Assembly (NCBI GenBank): GCA_964399055.1
Contig: CAYNPJ010000001.1
Span: forward strand, 1,255,347-1,319,346
Length of the DNA stretch: 64,000 bases
Direction of reading: 5' to 3'
Source: an uncultured Ignavibacteria bacterium
GTDB taxonomy: Bacteria > Zixibacteria > MSB-5A5 > DSPP01 > RBG-1
Part shown: in pieces, positions 1-9,925 of the stretch
How positions within the stretch are numbered: position 1 is the stretch's first letter
Layout: every line of letters begins with the position of its first letter
Notes under the pieces: model-generated
Databases searched by the model: none
Seen by the model: only the letters and a program-made list of their open reading frames with translations
Told to the model about the DNA's origin: nothing
Position numbers and translations under genes: made by a program

Positions 1-225
1 GGCGATGCCTTAGTCGGCATTGGGATTGTGCTGGTACTTTCTTTTTTGGGTGGAGTACTCAAATCTCCTCTGGAGGATAAGTGGCAACTCTGGACCGAAG
101 GCTGGTGGCTGAGAAACTGGTTTGGTGTTTCAGCCGACTCTCTGCACAGCATAACCCAAATCTTCACGGCACTGGTATTTTTAGTCGTGGTCTGGTTCCT
201 CTACCGCAAAGTCAAAAGCGCTTAG
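1..225 (+). CDS. C-terminal end of an integral membrane protein (5' truncated by window edge; possibly OPT-family transporter)
   Basis: Frame is open from base 1 (GDALVGIGIVLVLSFLGG...) with two hydrophobic segments and a basic tail; the GDALVG start loosely resembles the OPT C-terminal motif. Confidence 0.45.
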   Translation, partial: GDALVGIGIVLVLSFLGGVLKSPLEDKWQLWTEGWWLRNWFGVSADSLHSITQIFTALVFLVVVWFLYRKVKSA

Positions 226-234
226 GAGACAATC

Positions 235-1188
235 ATGGACTTATTGCAAAAAGCGGCCCGGAATGCTTTAAAGCACTGCTTCAATCTGCAGCCAAACGAG
301 ACAGTTCTAATAATAACTGACGAGCCCTTAAGGAAAATCGGCTATTATTTCTTTGAAGAGGCTAAGAAGATTTCCAACCATACGATATTAGTTGAAATAA
401 CTCCCAGACAGAGACACGGCGATGAACCATCTGAAACCCTGGCCAGAATGATGAAAGAATTTCAGGTGTTGATTATTCCCACCAGCAAATCCATGTCCCA
501 TACCCAGGCCAGAAGAGAGGCCTCCCAGGCTGGGGCCAGAATCGCTACCCTTCCGGCCATCACAGTTGACACCATGAAGCGGACCCTGAATGCAGATTAC
601 CGAAAAATCGCTCAGAGGAGCCGCAAAGTCGCCCAAGCCCTGGAAGGCAAAAGCCAGGTCAGACTGACCAGCCCGGCTGGGACTGAGATTAGCATGTCCA
701 TTGAAGGGAGAAAATGCGAGCCAGACACCGGCCTGATTCTTGAGCCGGGCAATTTTTCCAATCTGCCAGCTGGTGAAGCCTACTTAGCTCCGGTCGAAGG
801 GACTGCCCAGGGAACCCTGGTGATAGACGGCTCCATGGCTGGCATTGGAAAACTCAAAAAACCGCTGAAGATGAAGGTCGATAGCGGATTTGTGCGCGAA
901 ATTTCAGGCGGCGCAGAGGCAAAGAAACTCAAAGCACTCTTGGACTCAGCCGGAGAGTTAGCTTACAATGTGGCTGAATTAGGGATTGGCACCAATGACA
1001 AAGCTAAATTAGTCGGCTCCGTATTGGAGGATGAGAAAGTACTGGGAACCGTACACATGGCTCTGGGTGATAATATGTCCATGGGCGGGAAGATTTCAGT
1101 TAGAAGTCATCTGGACGGGATAATTATGAAACCTACCTTGATAGTTGACGGTGAAACCATTATGAAAAACGGGGCGCTGAAAATCTAG
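235..1188 (+). CDS. Aminopeptidase, peptidase family M29 (AmpS/thermophilic metalloprotease-like)
   Basis: Motifs NLPAGEAYLAP, AELGIGTN, EDEKVLGTVHMALGDN and SHLDG; RBS GGAGA upstream. Confidence 0.9.
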   Translation: MDLLQKAARNALKHCFNLQPNETVLIITDEPLRKIGYYFFEEAKKISNHTILVEITPRQRHGDEPSETLARMMKEFQVLIIPTSKSMSHTQARREASQAGARIATLPAITVDTMKRTLNADYRKIAQRSRKVAQALEGKSQVRLTSPAGTEISMSIEGRKCEPDTGLILEPGNFSNLPAGEAYLAPVEGTAQGTLVIDGSMAGIGKLKKPLKMKVDSGFVREISGGAEAKKLKALLDSAGELAYNVAELGIGTNDKAKLVGSVLEDEKVLGTVHMALGDNMSMGGKISVRSHLDGIIMKPTLIVDGETIMKNGALKI

Positions 1189-1189
1189 T

Positions 1190-1726
1190 ATGCCGGATAA
1201 TAAATTCTCCGCGCGATTTACTGACGTCTTCAAGGAGGCTGACCGGGACTTGAACGGACGGCTGATAGAAGTCCATCAGTTAGGCATCCTCTTCCCCAAT
1301 ATGGCAACGCATCTGATGATGCAGTTCGGGGGAGAGATTTTAAAAGTGGTAGATGAGGTCACCGGCACCCTCTCTTCTATTTTCGCCGGGCGCCAGGCCG
1401 TCCACCTGGGTCAGGAGGTCTTCTTCCGCAAGCCGATTATGGTGGGGGAAACTACTCAGATGAAATTCAGGGTGGTTTTGACGACTCAAAAGTTTATCGT
1501 GGTTCACACTGAGGTTTTCGGAGGGGAATTAGACATTGACCGTTTTACTTTACGCTATGAGGCGTTTTCTATCTGCGGAATAATCGGAGCAGACGGAAGG
1601 CTGGCCGAAGTCCCGCAACTGACTTTGCCGCCGAACGAGAAACATGAAAGGATTGCCAAGATTGCGGAGGAAGTGGTGCATAATCAGGGGGGGCTGCTGA
1701 AGAAGTTAGATGAGTGGAGAGTATAG
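1190..1726 (+). CDS. Hotdog-fold acyl-CoA thioesterase-like protein
   Basis: LFP...FGGEILKVVDE and F.KPI.VGE motifs of YciA/ACOT-type hotdog folds; starts 1 nt after the upstream stop. Confidence 0.7.
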   Translation: MPDNKFSARFTDVFKEADRDLNGRLIEVHQLGILFPNMATHLMMQFGGEILKVVDEVTGTLSSIFAGRQAVHLGQEVFFRKPIMVGETTQMKFRVVLTTQKFIVVHTEVFGGELDIDRFTLRYEAFSICGIIGADGRLAEVPQLTLPPNEKHERIAKIAEEVVHNQGGLLKKLDEWRV

Positions 1727-1805
1727 GCCCGTGTCGTCCTGAACTCGGGACAGACCTCTATGCAATCGTCAATCTAACTTACATGGTGAAGGAGAAGGGA
1801 TAATC

Positions 1806-2567
1806 ATGAAACAATGGTATGAGGCATTATTTGATAATTACGCTAAGAAATACGACAAGGAATGTTTTGTTCAAGGAACGCTTGGTGAATGTGATTTTAT
1901 TGAGGATGAGATCAGTCGAGATAAATCTTTAAAGATCATCGATATCGGTTGTGGCACTGGGCGCCATTCGATCGAATTGACTAAAAGAGGGTATAACGTG
2001 ACTGGTGTTGATTTATCCGACGCACAGCTTGCAAGAGCAAGGGAAAAAGCCAAAGAGCAGGGGATAAATATTGATTTTCAGAAACATGACGCAAGAGCCC
2101 TTCCGTTTAAAGGCGAATTTGATCTAGCTATGATGCTATGCGAAGGCGGGTTTTCTCTTATGGAAACAGATGAGATGAACTTTGATATCCTCAAGAGCGC
2201 AACAAAAGCGCTTAAAAGTAAAGGCAAGCTTATTTTCACCGCATTAAACGGATTGTTCCCGCTGTTTCATTCTGTCAGTGAATTCTATAAGTCGGCGCAG
2301 AAAGAAGGCCAGTCCCAGTGTAAGGAGTGTTCCTTTGATCTGATGACTTTCCGTGATCATAACACTGTTGTTTTTGAGGACGATTCCGGCAATAAAAGGG
2401 AGCTTAAGTGTAACGAGCGTTATTACGTGCCCAGCGAGATAACCTGGCTTCTGAAAACCCTTGGGTATAAGAGAATGGAAATCTTTGGAGCGAAACTGGG
2501 AGCTTTTTCGAGAAACGATAAGCTGACCACAGAAGATTTTGAAATGCTTGTTATTGCAGAGAAATGA
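1806..2567 (+). CDS. Class I SAM-dependent methyltransferase
   Basis: IIDIGCGTGRH motif I, VTGVDLS motif II, DARALPF..EFD. Confidence 0.9.
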   Translation: MKQWYEALFDNYAKKYDKECFVQGTLGECDFIEDEISRDKSLKIIDIGCGTGRHSIELTKRGYNVTGVDLSDAQLARAREKAKEQGINIDFQKHDARALPFKGEFDLAMMLCEGGFSLMETDEMNFDILKSATKALKSKGKLIFTALNGLFPLFHSVSEFYKSAQKEGQSQCKECSFDLMTFRDHNTVVFEDDSGNKRELKCNERYYVPSEITWLLKTLGYKRMEIFGAKLGAFSRNDKLTTEDFEMLVIAEK

Positions 2568-2606
2568 AGCCTTATTCAGGAGGGTCCTGTTTGGAAGATT
2601 GAAAAT

Positions 2607-3533
2607 TTAATACTTCCTCCTCCTCCTCTCCACCACAAAATTACTCCCTGGCAGAGCCTTCACATATTTCTTCAAATCCGCCAGCATATGCGAAATCTCG
2701 GCAATGTGCGAAAAGGTCGAGCCGTAATTCTTAAAGACCGCAATGGAAATCGACATAATCGGATAGCGCTCCATCACCCCCACCCGGTTAGGAGTCTCTA
2801 TGTATCCTCTTCTTAAATCCCGCTCATGATAGCGGGAAGGAATAGTCTGGTCAAAGACTTTTACAATGCCAGAACAGACCTCTTTAATCTTCTCAATCGG
2901 AATAATGAAAATGAAATCATCCCCGCCCACGTGGCCGACAAATCCGTCTTCGGTCAGGTCCGAGACAATGTCCCGAATTATTTTGGCCGTGACCACGATT
3001 AGCTGATTGCCGTAATAATAGCCGTAATAATCGTTGTAACCCTTAAACTGGTCCAAATCGGCATAGCACAGAGCAAATTTTTCACTCTGGGAAGTGCGTC
3101 TTCTTATCTCTTCGTCTATTAAACTGACTCCCGGCAATTTGGTGGAGGGATTGACTCCCAGATGTTTGCGGCTATGGGCTAAGAGGTTTATCACCTTCAG
3201 GGAGGCGATTTTATCTAAAGGCAGTCCCAGCACTTCATCGGCTCCGGCTTTATAACATCTGGTCAAGTCTTTTTCCGAAGCCTGGGGCAGGATTATGACT
3301 TTAGGAGGGAGTGAAAGAATCAGGTCTTTAAAAATCTGGGTCAGTAACTTGATAATATGGGCGATGTCCCTTTTAGTTATGAAGAATATCAAATCAAATT
3401 CATAGCGCCGGGGATTTTCAGCTAACTGCTCAAAAGTACTAAAGGGGTGAAAGACTACTTCTTCAGGATTGAGGAGCTTTCTAATTTCATTTTCAAGCTT
3501 GTCCCCTCTCTGATATATGGCAACGTGAAGCAT
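2607..3533 (-). CDS. Diguanylate cyclase with degenerate N-terminal receiver-like domain
   Basis: YADLDQFKGYNDYYG and GHVGGDDF GGDEF-type motifs; N-terminal AGADEVL.LP receiver remnant. Confidence 0.85.
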   Translation of the reverse strand: MLHVAIYQRGDKLENEIRKLLNPEEVVFHPFSTFEQLAENPRRYEFDLIFFITKRDIAHIIKLLTQIFKDLILSLPPKVIILPQASEKDLTRCYKAGADEVLGLPLDKIASLKVINLLAHSRKHLGVNPSTKLPGVSLIDEEIRRRTSQSEKFALCYADLDQFKGYNDYYGYYYGNQLIVVTAKIIRDIVSDLTEDGFVGHVGGDDFIFIIPIEKIKEVCSGIVKVFDQTIPSRYHERDLRRGYIETPNRVGVMERYPIMSISIAVFKNYGSTFSHIAEISHMLADLKKYVKALPGSNFVVERRRRKY

Positions 3534-3548
3534 TATCTGAAAAATTTC

Positions 3549-4472
3549 CTAAATTGATTTGCTGACCGACAAAGTCTTCTTAGCCTCCCGGGGATGAAAT
3601 CTTTTATGCACCTCTTTTAAGTACCGAGTATCCACGTGTGTGTAAATCTCTGTAATGGAGATATCGGCATGCCCTAAAAGCTCCTGCACCGTGCGTAAAT
3701 CCGCCCCTCCCTGCAGCAGATGAGTGGCAAAACTGTGGCGCAAGGTGTGGGGATGAACTTTCTTGGTCAGTCTAGCTTTTCTGGCGTGGTTTTTCAAAAT
3801 CAGCCAGGCTCCCATGCGGGAGATTTTCCTGCCGTGGTGATTTAAGAAGACATAGTTCTGTGAGTGAGGCTTAGCTAATCTGATTCTGCCCCGGGTAAGA
3901 TACACCTTCAGCCAGAAAATAGCCTCTTTCCCTACGGGAACTACCCTCTGTTTGGAGCCTTTGCCCAGCACCACGACGAAGCGCGCCCTGGTTTCCAGGT
4001 CTCTCAATTTAAGATTTACCGCTTCAGAGATTCTCAGCCCGCAGGAATAGAGAATCTCTAGCAGAGCCTTATCCCTTTTGCCCAAGGCCGTGGAGACATC
4101 CGGTTGTTCTAAAAGCTTTTTAACCTCAGTCTCATAATCCAGCACCACCGGAAGAGGGCGGCCTATTTTGGGAGATTCTAAATTAAGAGTCGGGTCTGAA
4201 TTGGACAAACCCGACTCGATTAGAAAACGGTGGAATCCTCTCACCGCTGAAATCTTTCTGGCAATGCTGGTGGAATGCAGTTTCTTGTCGGATAGTTGTG
4301 ATATGTAGCCAAAGATATCTTCAGGCTTAATGTCCAAAAAAGTGATTCTGCCCGCCCTTTGTAGAAAATCTGAATATCCTTTTAGGTCTGCTGCATAACT
4401 TTGAATCGTGTTCTGGGATAAACCCCTCTGCAGGGAGAGTGAGGCTAAATATTGGTCAATGGCCGCCTGCAT
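3549..4472 (-). CDS. xerD: Site-specific tyrosine recombinase XerD
   Basis: RD.ALLEILYSCGLRISE, GKGSKQRVVP, HPHTLRHSFATHLLQGGADLRTVQELLGHADISITEIYTHV. Confidence 0.92.
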   Translation of the reverse strand: MQAAIDQYLASLSLQRGLSQNTIQSYAADLKGYSDFLQRAGRITFLDIKPEDIFGYISQLSDKKLHSTSIARKISAVRGFHRFLIESGLSNSDPTLNLESPKIGRPLPVVLDYETEVKKLLEQPDVSTALGKRDKALLEILYSCGLRISEAVNLKLRDLETRARFVVVLGKGSKQRVVPVGKEAIFWLKVYLTRGRIRLAKPHSQNYVFLNHHGRKISRMGAWLILKNHARKARLTKKVHPHTLRHSFATHLLQGGADLRTVQELLGHADISITEIYTHVDTRYLKEVHKRFHPREAKKTLSVSKSI

Positions 4473-4489
4473 CTTAAGGCAGTCTTAGA

Positions 4490-6250
4490 TCAGAGACATT
4501 TTATGACCACTAAGGTCAAATCGTCATTGAGACTTCCGGAGGTGAATTCGTGCACCTCATCTAAGATAGATTTCATCAAATCAGAGGCAGAGAGTTCTTG
4601 CCCTTTGCGCATCACTTCAATCAAACGGGGCAGGCCGAATTCCTGGCGCTCCGAATTTAAGGCCTCAGTAACGCCGTCTGTGTAGAATACCAGCAGGTCC
4701 TTGGTTTTTAAATGCACAGCCTTTTCGTGATAGGTGGAATCCGGCAGTATCCCTAAAGCCAATCCTCCCTGCTGCAAGTATTCGATATTGCCTTCATGTT
4801 TTAGGAGCAGAGGAGGATTATGACCGGCATTCGAAAAGGTAAATATACGGTTGGAGGAGTCTAAGACCCCATAAACGGCAGTAACAAAGTTGTCTCTTTC
4901 CATGCTTTCATAGAGCAATCTGTTGACCTTTCTGAAGATGGTCCGGATGGCGTAATTGTTGCGGATTTCAGCCAAAAGACTGGCCCGGAATGAAGCCATG
5001 ATTAGTGATGCGGGAACCCCTTTTCCGGAAACATCTCCTATGATAATGCCGGTTTGATTATCCACAATGGGTATGAAGTCATAGTAATCTCCGCCTACCT
5101 GTTCAGAAGGGATGTTGGTGCCGGCAATGTCAAATCCAGGCACACTGGGAGATTTTTTAGGGAGGAAACTGAGCTGAATCTGCCGGGCAATGGAAAGCTC
5201 TTCGCTGATTTTTCTCTGCTTAACGGCCAGACGGTGCAGTCTGGCTCTCTCAATGGAAATGGCAGCCTGATTGGCGAACACTTTAAGCTGGGTCAGGTCT
5301 TCTTCGTCAAAGGCGTTGAGCTGGTTACTCTCTAAATTAAATACTCCGATAATCTCTCGGTTTAAGGTAATGGGCGCTACTATTTCCGATAAGGTTTCCA
5401 TTCGGGCGTTGACGTAACGCGGGTCCTGGCGCACATCCGGGACAATGACACTCTCTCCGGTCTTGGCCACGTAGCCGATGAGCCCCTGTCCGATTTTCAG
5501 ACTTAAGTCTTCAGCCAGAGCCGGGTCATATCCGGAAGTCTGCACTTCCTCAATCTCCTGAGTTTTTTTGTTGACCAGAAAGATGCCAGCTGCATCGCAT
5601 TCCACCACCTTGCGAATGGAGTTTAAAATGGTTTGCAATACTTCTTCTAACTCCAAAGATGAGCTGAGCTGCCGGTCTATTTCTAACAGAATCTCTCTTT
5701 TAAGACTCTCCTCTTTCACCCGCCGATAGAGAAAGGAATTATCCAGAGCCACGGCCACCTGTTCAGCCAGAACCGAGAGAGCTTCCTGGTCTTCTTCCTG
5801 AAATCCCAGACTATTTTTCTTGTTTAGCACTTCTAAAACTCCTAAGAATTTCCCCCGGCGTAAAATGGGAACCGCGATTATGGAACGGGCAGACGTTCCT
5901 AAATGAATTTCTATTTCTTTCAGGAAGCGGGGGTCCGACTTAGGCTCATTACTAATTACCGGCTTGAGATTTTCAGCCACCCAGCCCACCAGACCCTCCC
6001 CGAATCTTAAAGGGAGTTCCTTCTTAATCCCATTACAATCCAAAATATGCAATTGATTAGATTTCCTGTCTTTTAACAGCACTAGGCTGATTTCTGCCTC
6101 TGCCACCCGGCAAGTTAGGTCTAAAATGATGTCTAAGAGCTTATCCAGCTCTAAGGTGGAATTCAAAATCTTGGAGGCATGCAGGAGAAGCTCGTTCTGG
6201 TCGAGCTTCTCAATTTCTCGCTTCCACTCAATCGTTTTTACAGTTGACAT
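4490..6250 (-). CDS. GAF-GAF-SpoIIE (PP2C) serine phosphatase, RsbU-like
   Basis: Two GAF domains followed by VGGDYYD, GDVSGKG, NAGHNPP and YTDGVTEA...DDLT PP2C motifs. Confidence 0.92.
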   Translation of the reverse strand: MSTVKTIEWKREIEKLDQNELLLHASKILNSTLELDKLLDIILDLTCRVAEAEISLVLLKDRKSNQLHILDCNGIKKELPLRFGEGLVGWVAENLKPVISNEPKSDPRFLKEIEIHLGTSARSIIAVPILRRGKFLGVLEVLNKKNSLGFQEEDQEALSVLAEQVAVALDNSFLYRRVKEESLKREILLEIDRQLSSSLELEEVLQTILNSIRKVVECDAAGIFLVNKKTQEIEEVQTSGYDPALAEDLSLKIGQGLIGYVAKTGESVIVPDVRQDPRYVNARMETLSEIVAPITLNREIIGVFNLESNQLNAFDEEDLTQLKVFANQAAISIERARLHRLAVKQRKISEELSIARQIQLSFLPKKSPSVPGFDIAGTNIPSEQVGGDYYDFIPIVDNQTGIIIGDVSGKGVPASLIMASFRASLLAEIRNNYAIRTIFRKVNRLLYESMERDNFVTAVYGVLDSSNRIFTFSNAGHNPPLLLKHEGNIEYLQQGGLALGILPDSTYHEKAVHLKTKDLLVFYTDGVTEALNSERQEFGLPRLIEVMRKGQELSASDLMKSILDEVHEFTSGSLNDDLTLVVIKCL

Positions 6251-6429
6251 AATATTTCTTGTGTCCTCAACTTACTTTTATGTTTCCAATAGTCAATAAG
6301 CTATTATACGGCAAAAAGTAAGGGAATCTTCATGGCGATCAAACAATTGGCTTAACGCTATACCATGTAAGATGTTACAGGGACGGTTTTGAGAGGATTA
6401 CTCTTAAATTCAAGCTTAAAAACGTGACT

Positions 6430-7161
6430 TTATCCCCCCAAATAAGCCTCTTTGACCTTCTGGTTATTAAGCAGGTTCGAGGCTTTGTCCTCCATTATCA
6501 CTTTTCCGGTCTCTAAGACGTAACCCCTCTGGGCAATCTGCAGAGCCATGTGGGCGTTCTGCTCAACTAAGAGGATGCTGGTTCCCTGCTGATTAATCTC
6601 CTGGATGGTTCTGAAAATCTGCTTGACTAAGAGCGGGGCTAGACCCAGGGAGGGCTCGTCTAACAAAAGCACTGACGGGCTGGCCATCAGAGCCCGGCCA
6701 ATAGCCAGCATCTGCTGCTCGCCGCCAGATAGGGTGCCGGCATTCTGCTTCATTCTCTCCTTAAGCCGGGGGAAAAGCACAAAGACTTGCTCTAAATCTT
6801 TCTTAATCTGGGCCTGGTCTGTTCTGGCGAAAGCGCCCATCTCTAAGTTCTCCAGAACAGTCAGATTGGAGAAGATTTTTCTCCCTTCCGGAGCCTGGGA
6901 AATCCCTTTTTCAACTATGCGATGGGCCGGACATCTCTCCAGCGCTTCTCCCTGAAAGGTTATCTTCCCTTTTTTAAGCCTGACAATGCCAGAGATAGTA
7001 TTCAAAATGGTCGATTTCCCGGCACCGTTGGCACCGATTAAGCAGACAATCTCCCCTTTTTTTAAAGAGATACTTATCCCTTTCAGGGCCTGAATGGCGC
7101 CATAATAGACCTGAACATCCTGAAGCTGTAAGATTACTCCGTTTTCGAAAACAGCGCTCAT
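6430..7161 (-). CDS. livF: Branched-chain amino acid ABC transporter ATPase
   Basis: GANGAGKS Walker A, LSGGEQQMLA, LLLDEPSLGLAP. Confidence 0.95.
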   Translation of the reverse strand: MSAVFENGVILQLQDVQVYYGAIQALKGISISLKKGEIVCLIGANGAGKSTILNTISGIVRLKKGKITFQGEALERCPAHRIVEKGISQAPEGRKIFSNLTVLENLEMGAFARTDQAQIKKDLEQVFVLFPRLKERMKQNAGTLSGGEQQMLAIGRALMASPSVLLLDEPSLGLAPLLVKQIFRTIQEINQQGTSILLVEQNAHMALQIAQRGYVLETGKVIMEDKASNLLNNQKVKEAYLGG

Positions 7162-7934
7162 ACTGAAGCAGCCTCTCCTAAATATGCCTCAATTACTTTT
7201 GGGTCTCTTCGAATAACCTCCGGCACTCCTTCGGCAATGGTCACCCCATAGTCTAAGACCAGGATCCGTTCGCAGATTCCCATCACCACCCGCATGTCAT
7301 GTTCGATTAAAAGTATCGTCAAATCAAACTCCTGCCGGATTCTCTTGATTAATTGCATTAAGGCAGAAGTCTCCTGGGGATTCATGCCTGCAGCCGGTTC
7401 ATCCAAGAGGAGCAATTTCGGGTTAGTGGCCAGAGCGCGCACTATTTCCAGTCTTCTCTGCTGGCCATAGGGAAGGTTGCTGGCATATTCCTGCTGGAGT
7501 TTTTCCAAACCAAAGATTCTCAAAAGGCTGACTGCCTGATTCTTAATGACCTCTTCTCCCCAGTAGAATTTCTTGGTACGCACGACCGCTTCGGTTAAAG
7601 AGTGGTCGGTATGCTGATGGCATGCCACCAGGACATTATCCATAACAGTCAATCCGGCAAAAAGCCTGATATTCTGGAAGGTGCGGGAAATGCCCAATTT
7701 GGAGATTTGATAGGGTTTCAAAGCGTTGATTTTATGACCGTCGAATTGGATTCCACCTTGATGCGGCGGGTAGACTCCGGTTATGATGTTAAAAATCGTG
7801 GTCTTTCCGGCTCCGTTGGGTCCGATTAGGCCTACCAGTTCATTCTTTTGTAGAGTGAGATTGAAATTCTGCACCGCTTTCAATCCTCCGAAGCTCAGGC
7901 AGACATTCTGACAGGATAAAACCGGTTTTTCCAT
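7158..7934 (-). CDS. livG: Branched-chain amino acid ABC transporter ATPase
   Basis: FGGL.AV, GPNGAGKTT, LPYGQQRRLEI, DEPAAGMN, VIEAYLG. Confidence 0.95.
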   Translation of the reverse strand: MEKPVLSCQNVCLSFGGLKAVQNFNLTLQKNELVGLIGPNGAGKTTIFNIITGVYPPHQGGIQFDGHKINALKPYQISKLGISRTFQNIRLFAGLTVMDNVLVACHQHTDHSLTEAVVRTKKFYWGEEVIKNQAVSLLRIFGLEKLQQEYASNLPYGQQRRLEIVRALATNPKLLLLDEPAAGMNPQETSALMQLIKRIRQEFDLTILLIEHDMRVVMGICERILVLDYGVTIAEGVPEVIRRDPKVIEAYLGEAASV

Positions 7935-7938
7935 CTTC

Positions 7939-8928
7939 TTAGCTGACAGGACTGGGTTTCCTCACAAACAATTTTTTCAATCTGCCGAAAGATAATTCCT
8001 TGGTTCCAAACAAACCGCTGGGCCGGGTTAACATCATGACTATCAGCAGCGCAGAATAAATGACCAAACGGTATTCTTTCACCGGGCGGAGGACTTCTGG
8101 CAGAAGAGTCAGGATTATGGCTGCCACAATCGAGCCGCTCAGACTCCCCATTCCCCCCAAGACCACCATCACAATGATTTCAATCGACTTCATGAAGGTG
8201 AAACTGTTGGTGTGCAGATAAAGTAGATAATGGGCTAATAGACCGCCGGCCACACCGGCAAAAAAGGCGCCTATCACGAAAGCAATGACTTTATAATAGG
8301 TGGTATTGATTCCCATGGCCTCTGCGGCCACTTCATCTTCGCGCACCGAGAGAAAGGCTTTGCCATGGGAAGACCACATAATGTTGCGGATGACCACAAT
8401 AGTTAAAACTGTGAAGGCCAAAACCCAGAATAAGGAAGTGTACTCCGGAATGTCGGCAAATCCTCTGGCTCCACCGACGGCATTAACATTCAGAATCACG
8501 ACCCGGATAATCTCGCCGAATCCTAGGGTGACTATGGCTAAATAATCTCCTTTCAATCTCAAAGAGGGGATGCCGACTACTACTCCGGCTAAAGCTGCGG
8601 CCAGTCCTCCCAGAGTCAGGGCAATAATGAAGAAGAGCCACTTTAAAATTAAAGGAGGAAAAACAGCGCTGTTCAAGATGCTAGGCCCCAGATAAAAAGT
8701 AATAGCCGCAGAGGTGTAAGCCCCTATGGCCATGAAGCCTGCATGCCCGATGGAGAATTGCCCGGTAAAGCCGTTTATCAGGTTTAGACTCACTGCTAGC
8801 ATGATGTTTATCCCGGAGTAGACAATTATTTGCAGGATATAAGGATTGATAGAATCAGATACAAATAGGTCTAGAGCCAAGAAGATCCCCAAGGCCAGGA
8901 CTATCAGAAGAGATTTCTTAAACCACAT
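7939..8928 (-). CDS. livM: Branched-chain amino acid ABC transporter permease
   Basis: GQFSIGHAGF, RLKGDYLAIVTLGFGEI, VVLGGMGS. Confidence 0.93.
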   Translation of the reverse strand: MWFKKSLLIVLALGIFLALDLFVSDSINPYILQIIVYSGINIMLAVSLNLINGFTGQFSIGHAGFMAIGAYTSAAITFYLGPSILNSAVFPPLILKWLFFIIALTLGGLAAALAGVVVGIPSLRLKGDYLAIVTLGFGEIIRVVILNVNAVGGARGFADIPEYTSLFWVLAFTVLTIVVIRNIMWSSHGKAFLSVREDEVAAEAMGINTTYYKVIAFVIGAFFAGVAGGLLAHYLLYLHTNSFTFMKSIEIIVMVVLGGMGSLSGSIVAAIILTLLPEVLRPVKEYRLVIYSALLIVMMLTRPSGLFGTKELSFGRLKKLFVRKPSPVS

Positions 8929-8929
8929 G

Positions 8930-9829
8930 TTAAACTTTTTCAGCCGTCAGAGAGCCTAAGATTCCAGTCGGTTTAAAGATTAAGATTATTATCAAAATCC
9001 CGAAGGCTATGGCATCCCTGAAGGTGGAAGAGACATAGCCCACCACCATGACCTCTGCTATGCCCATAATAAAACCGCCTAACATGGCTCCGGGAATGTT
9101 GCCTATCCCTCCTAAGACTGCCGCCACAAAGGCTTTTAGACCGGGCAAAAGACCCATTATCGGGTCTATTTTCGGATTGGTTAAGGCCACCAAGACCCCG
9201 GCTGCCCCGGCCAGGGCCGAGCCTATGACGAAAGTAATGCTGATTATTCTGTCCACCGGTATACCCATTAAGCTGGCCGCATCCCGGTTAAAAGAGACTG
9301 CCCGCATGGCCTTGCCGGTTTTGGTGCGTTGGACAATGTACTGCAGGAGAATTAACATTAGAATGGTGGAGGCTACCACAATCAACTGCTGGCTGGTTAA
9401 CCAGACCGGACCCAAATGAATTTCTTTGGAGGTGATTAACTGGGGAAAGAATTTGGGGTCCGCACCAAAGACCAACTGCCCGCCATTCTCCAATAACAGA
9501 GAGACTCCTATGGCCGTAATCAGAGCCGCCAGTCTGGGCTTTTTCCGCAAGGGTTTGTAGGCAAATCTCTCAATGGTCAGTCCCAGGAGGGAACAGACAG
9601 TCATGGCACCCAGAACCACCACTACCGCACCGAATAAGCTCGGATGCTGGCTGAATCCCAGCCAGTGTGAGGCGTAATAGCCTACAAATGCACCTACCAT
9701 ATAGACGTCCCCATGCGCAAAGTTTATCAGCTTCAAAACTCCATAGACCATGGTATAGCCCAAGGCTATCAAAGCATAAATAGAGCCCCAGGTTATGCCG
9801 TTGACTAATTGCTGTAAGAATTCCTGCAT
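8930..9829 (-). CDS. livH: Branched-chain amino acid ABC transporter permease
   Basis: GSIYALIALGYTMVYG..INFAHG, TKTGKAMRA, KAFVAAVLGGIG. Confidence 0.95.
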   Translation of the reverse strand: MQEFLQQLVNGITWGSIYALIALGYTMVYGVLKLINFAHGDVYMVGAFVGYYASHWLGFSQHPSLFGAVVVVLGAMTVCSLLGLTIERFAYKPLRKKPRLAALITAIGVSLLLENGGQLVFGADPKFFPQLITSKEIHLGPVWLTSQQLIVVASTILMLILLQYIVQRTKTGKAMRAVSFNRDAASLMGIPVDRIISITFVIGSALAGAAGVLVALTNPKIDPIMGLLPGLKAFVAAVLGGIGNIPGAMLGGFIMGIAEVMVVGYVSSTFRDAIAFGILIIILIFKPTGILGSLTAEKV

Positions 9830-9839
9830 GTCAGCGTTT

Positions 9840-9871
9840 AAAAAAAGGACAGGTTCTTGTTAAACCTGTCC
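9840..9871 (-). terminator. Intrinsic terminator/stabilising hairpin between livK and livH
   Basis: Minus strand GGACAGGTT-taacaag-AACCTGTCC followed by a T run. Confidence 0.75.
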
Positions 9872-9925
9872 CGATAAACTACCTGATATTCAAGCTACAA
9901 TCCTTATACCTTTTCTCCTGCAATT

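Noticed and set aside
1190-1726. Novel enzyme coupled to the M29 aminopeptidase
   Set aside because: Fits a divergent hotdog thioesterase; nothing further in the sequence supports a special pathway.
3549-4472. Tyrosine recombinase as the integrase of the phage module
   Set aside because: It has canonical XerD motifs, sits in a host operon and lies about 44 kb from the module.
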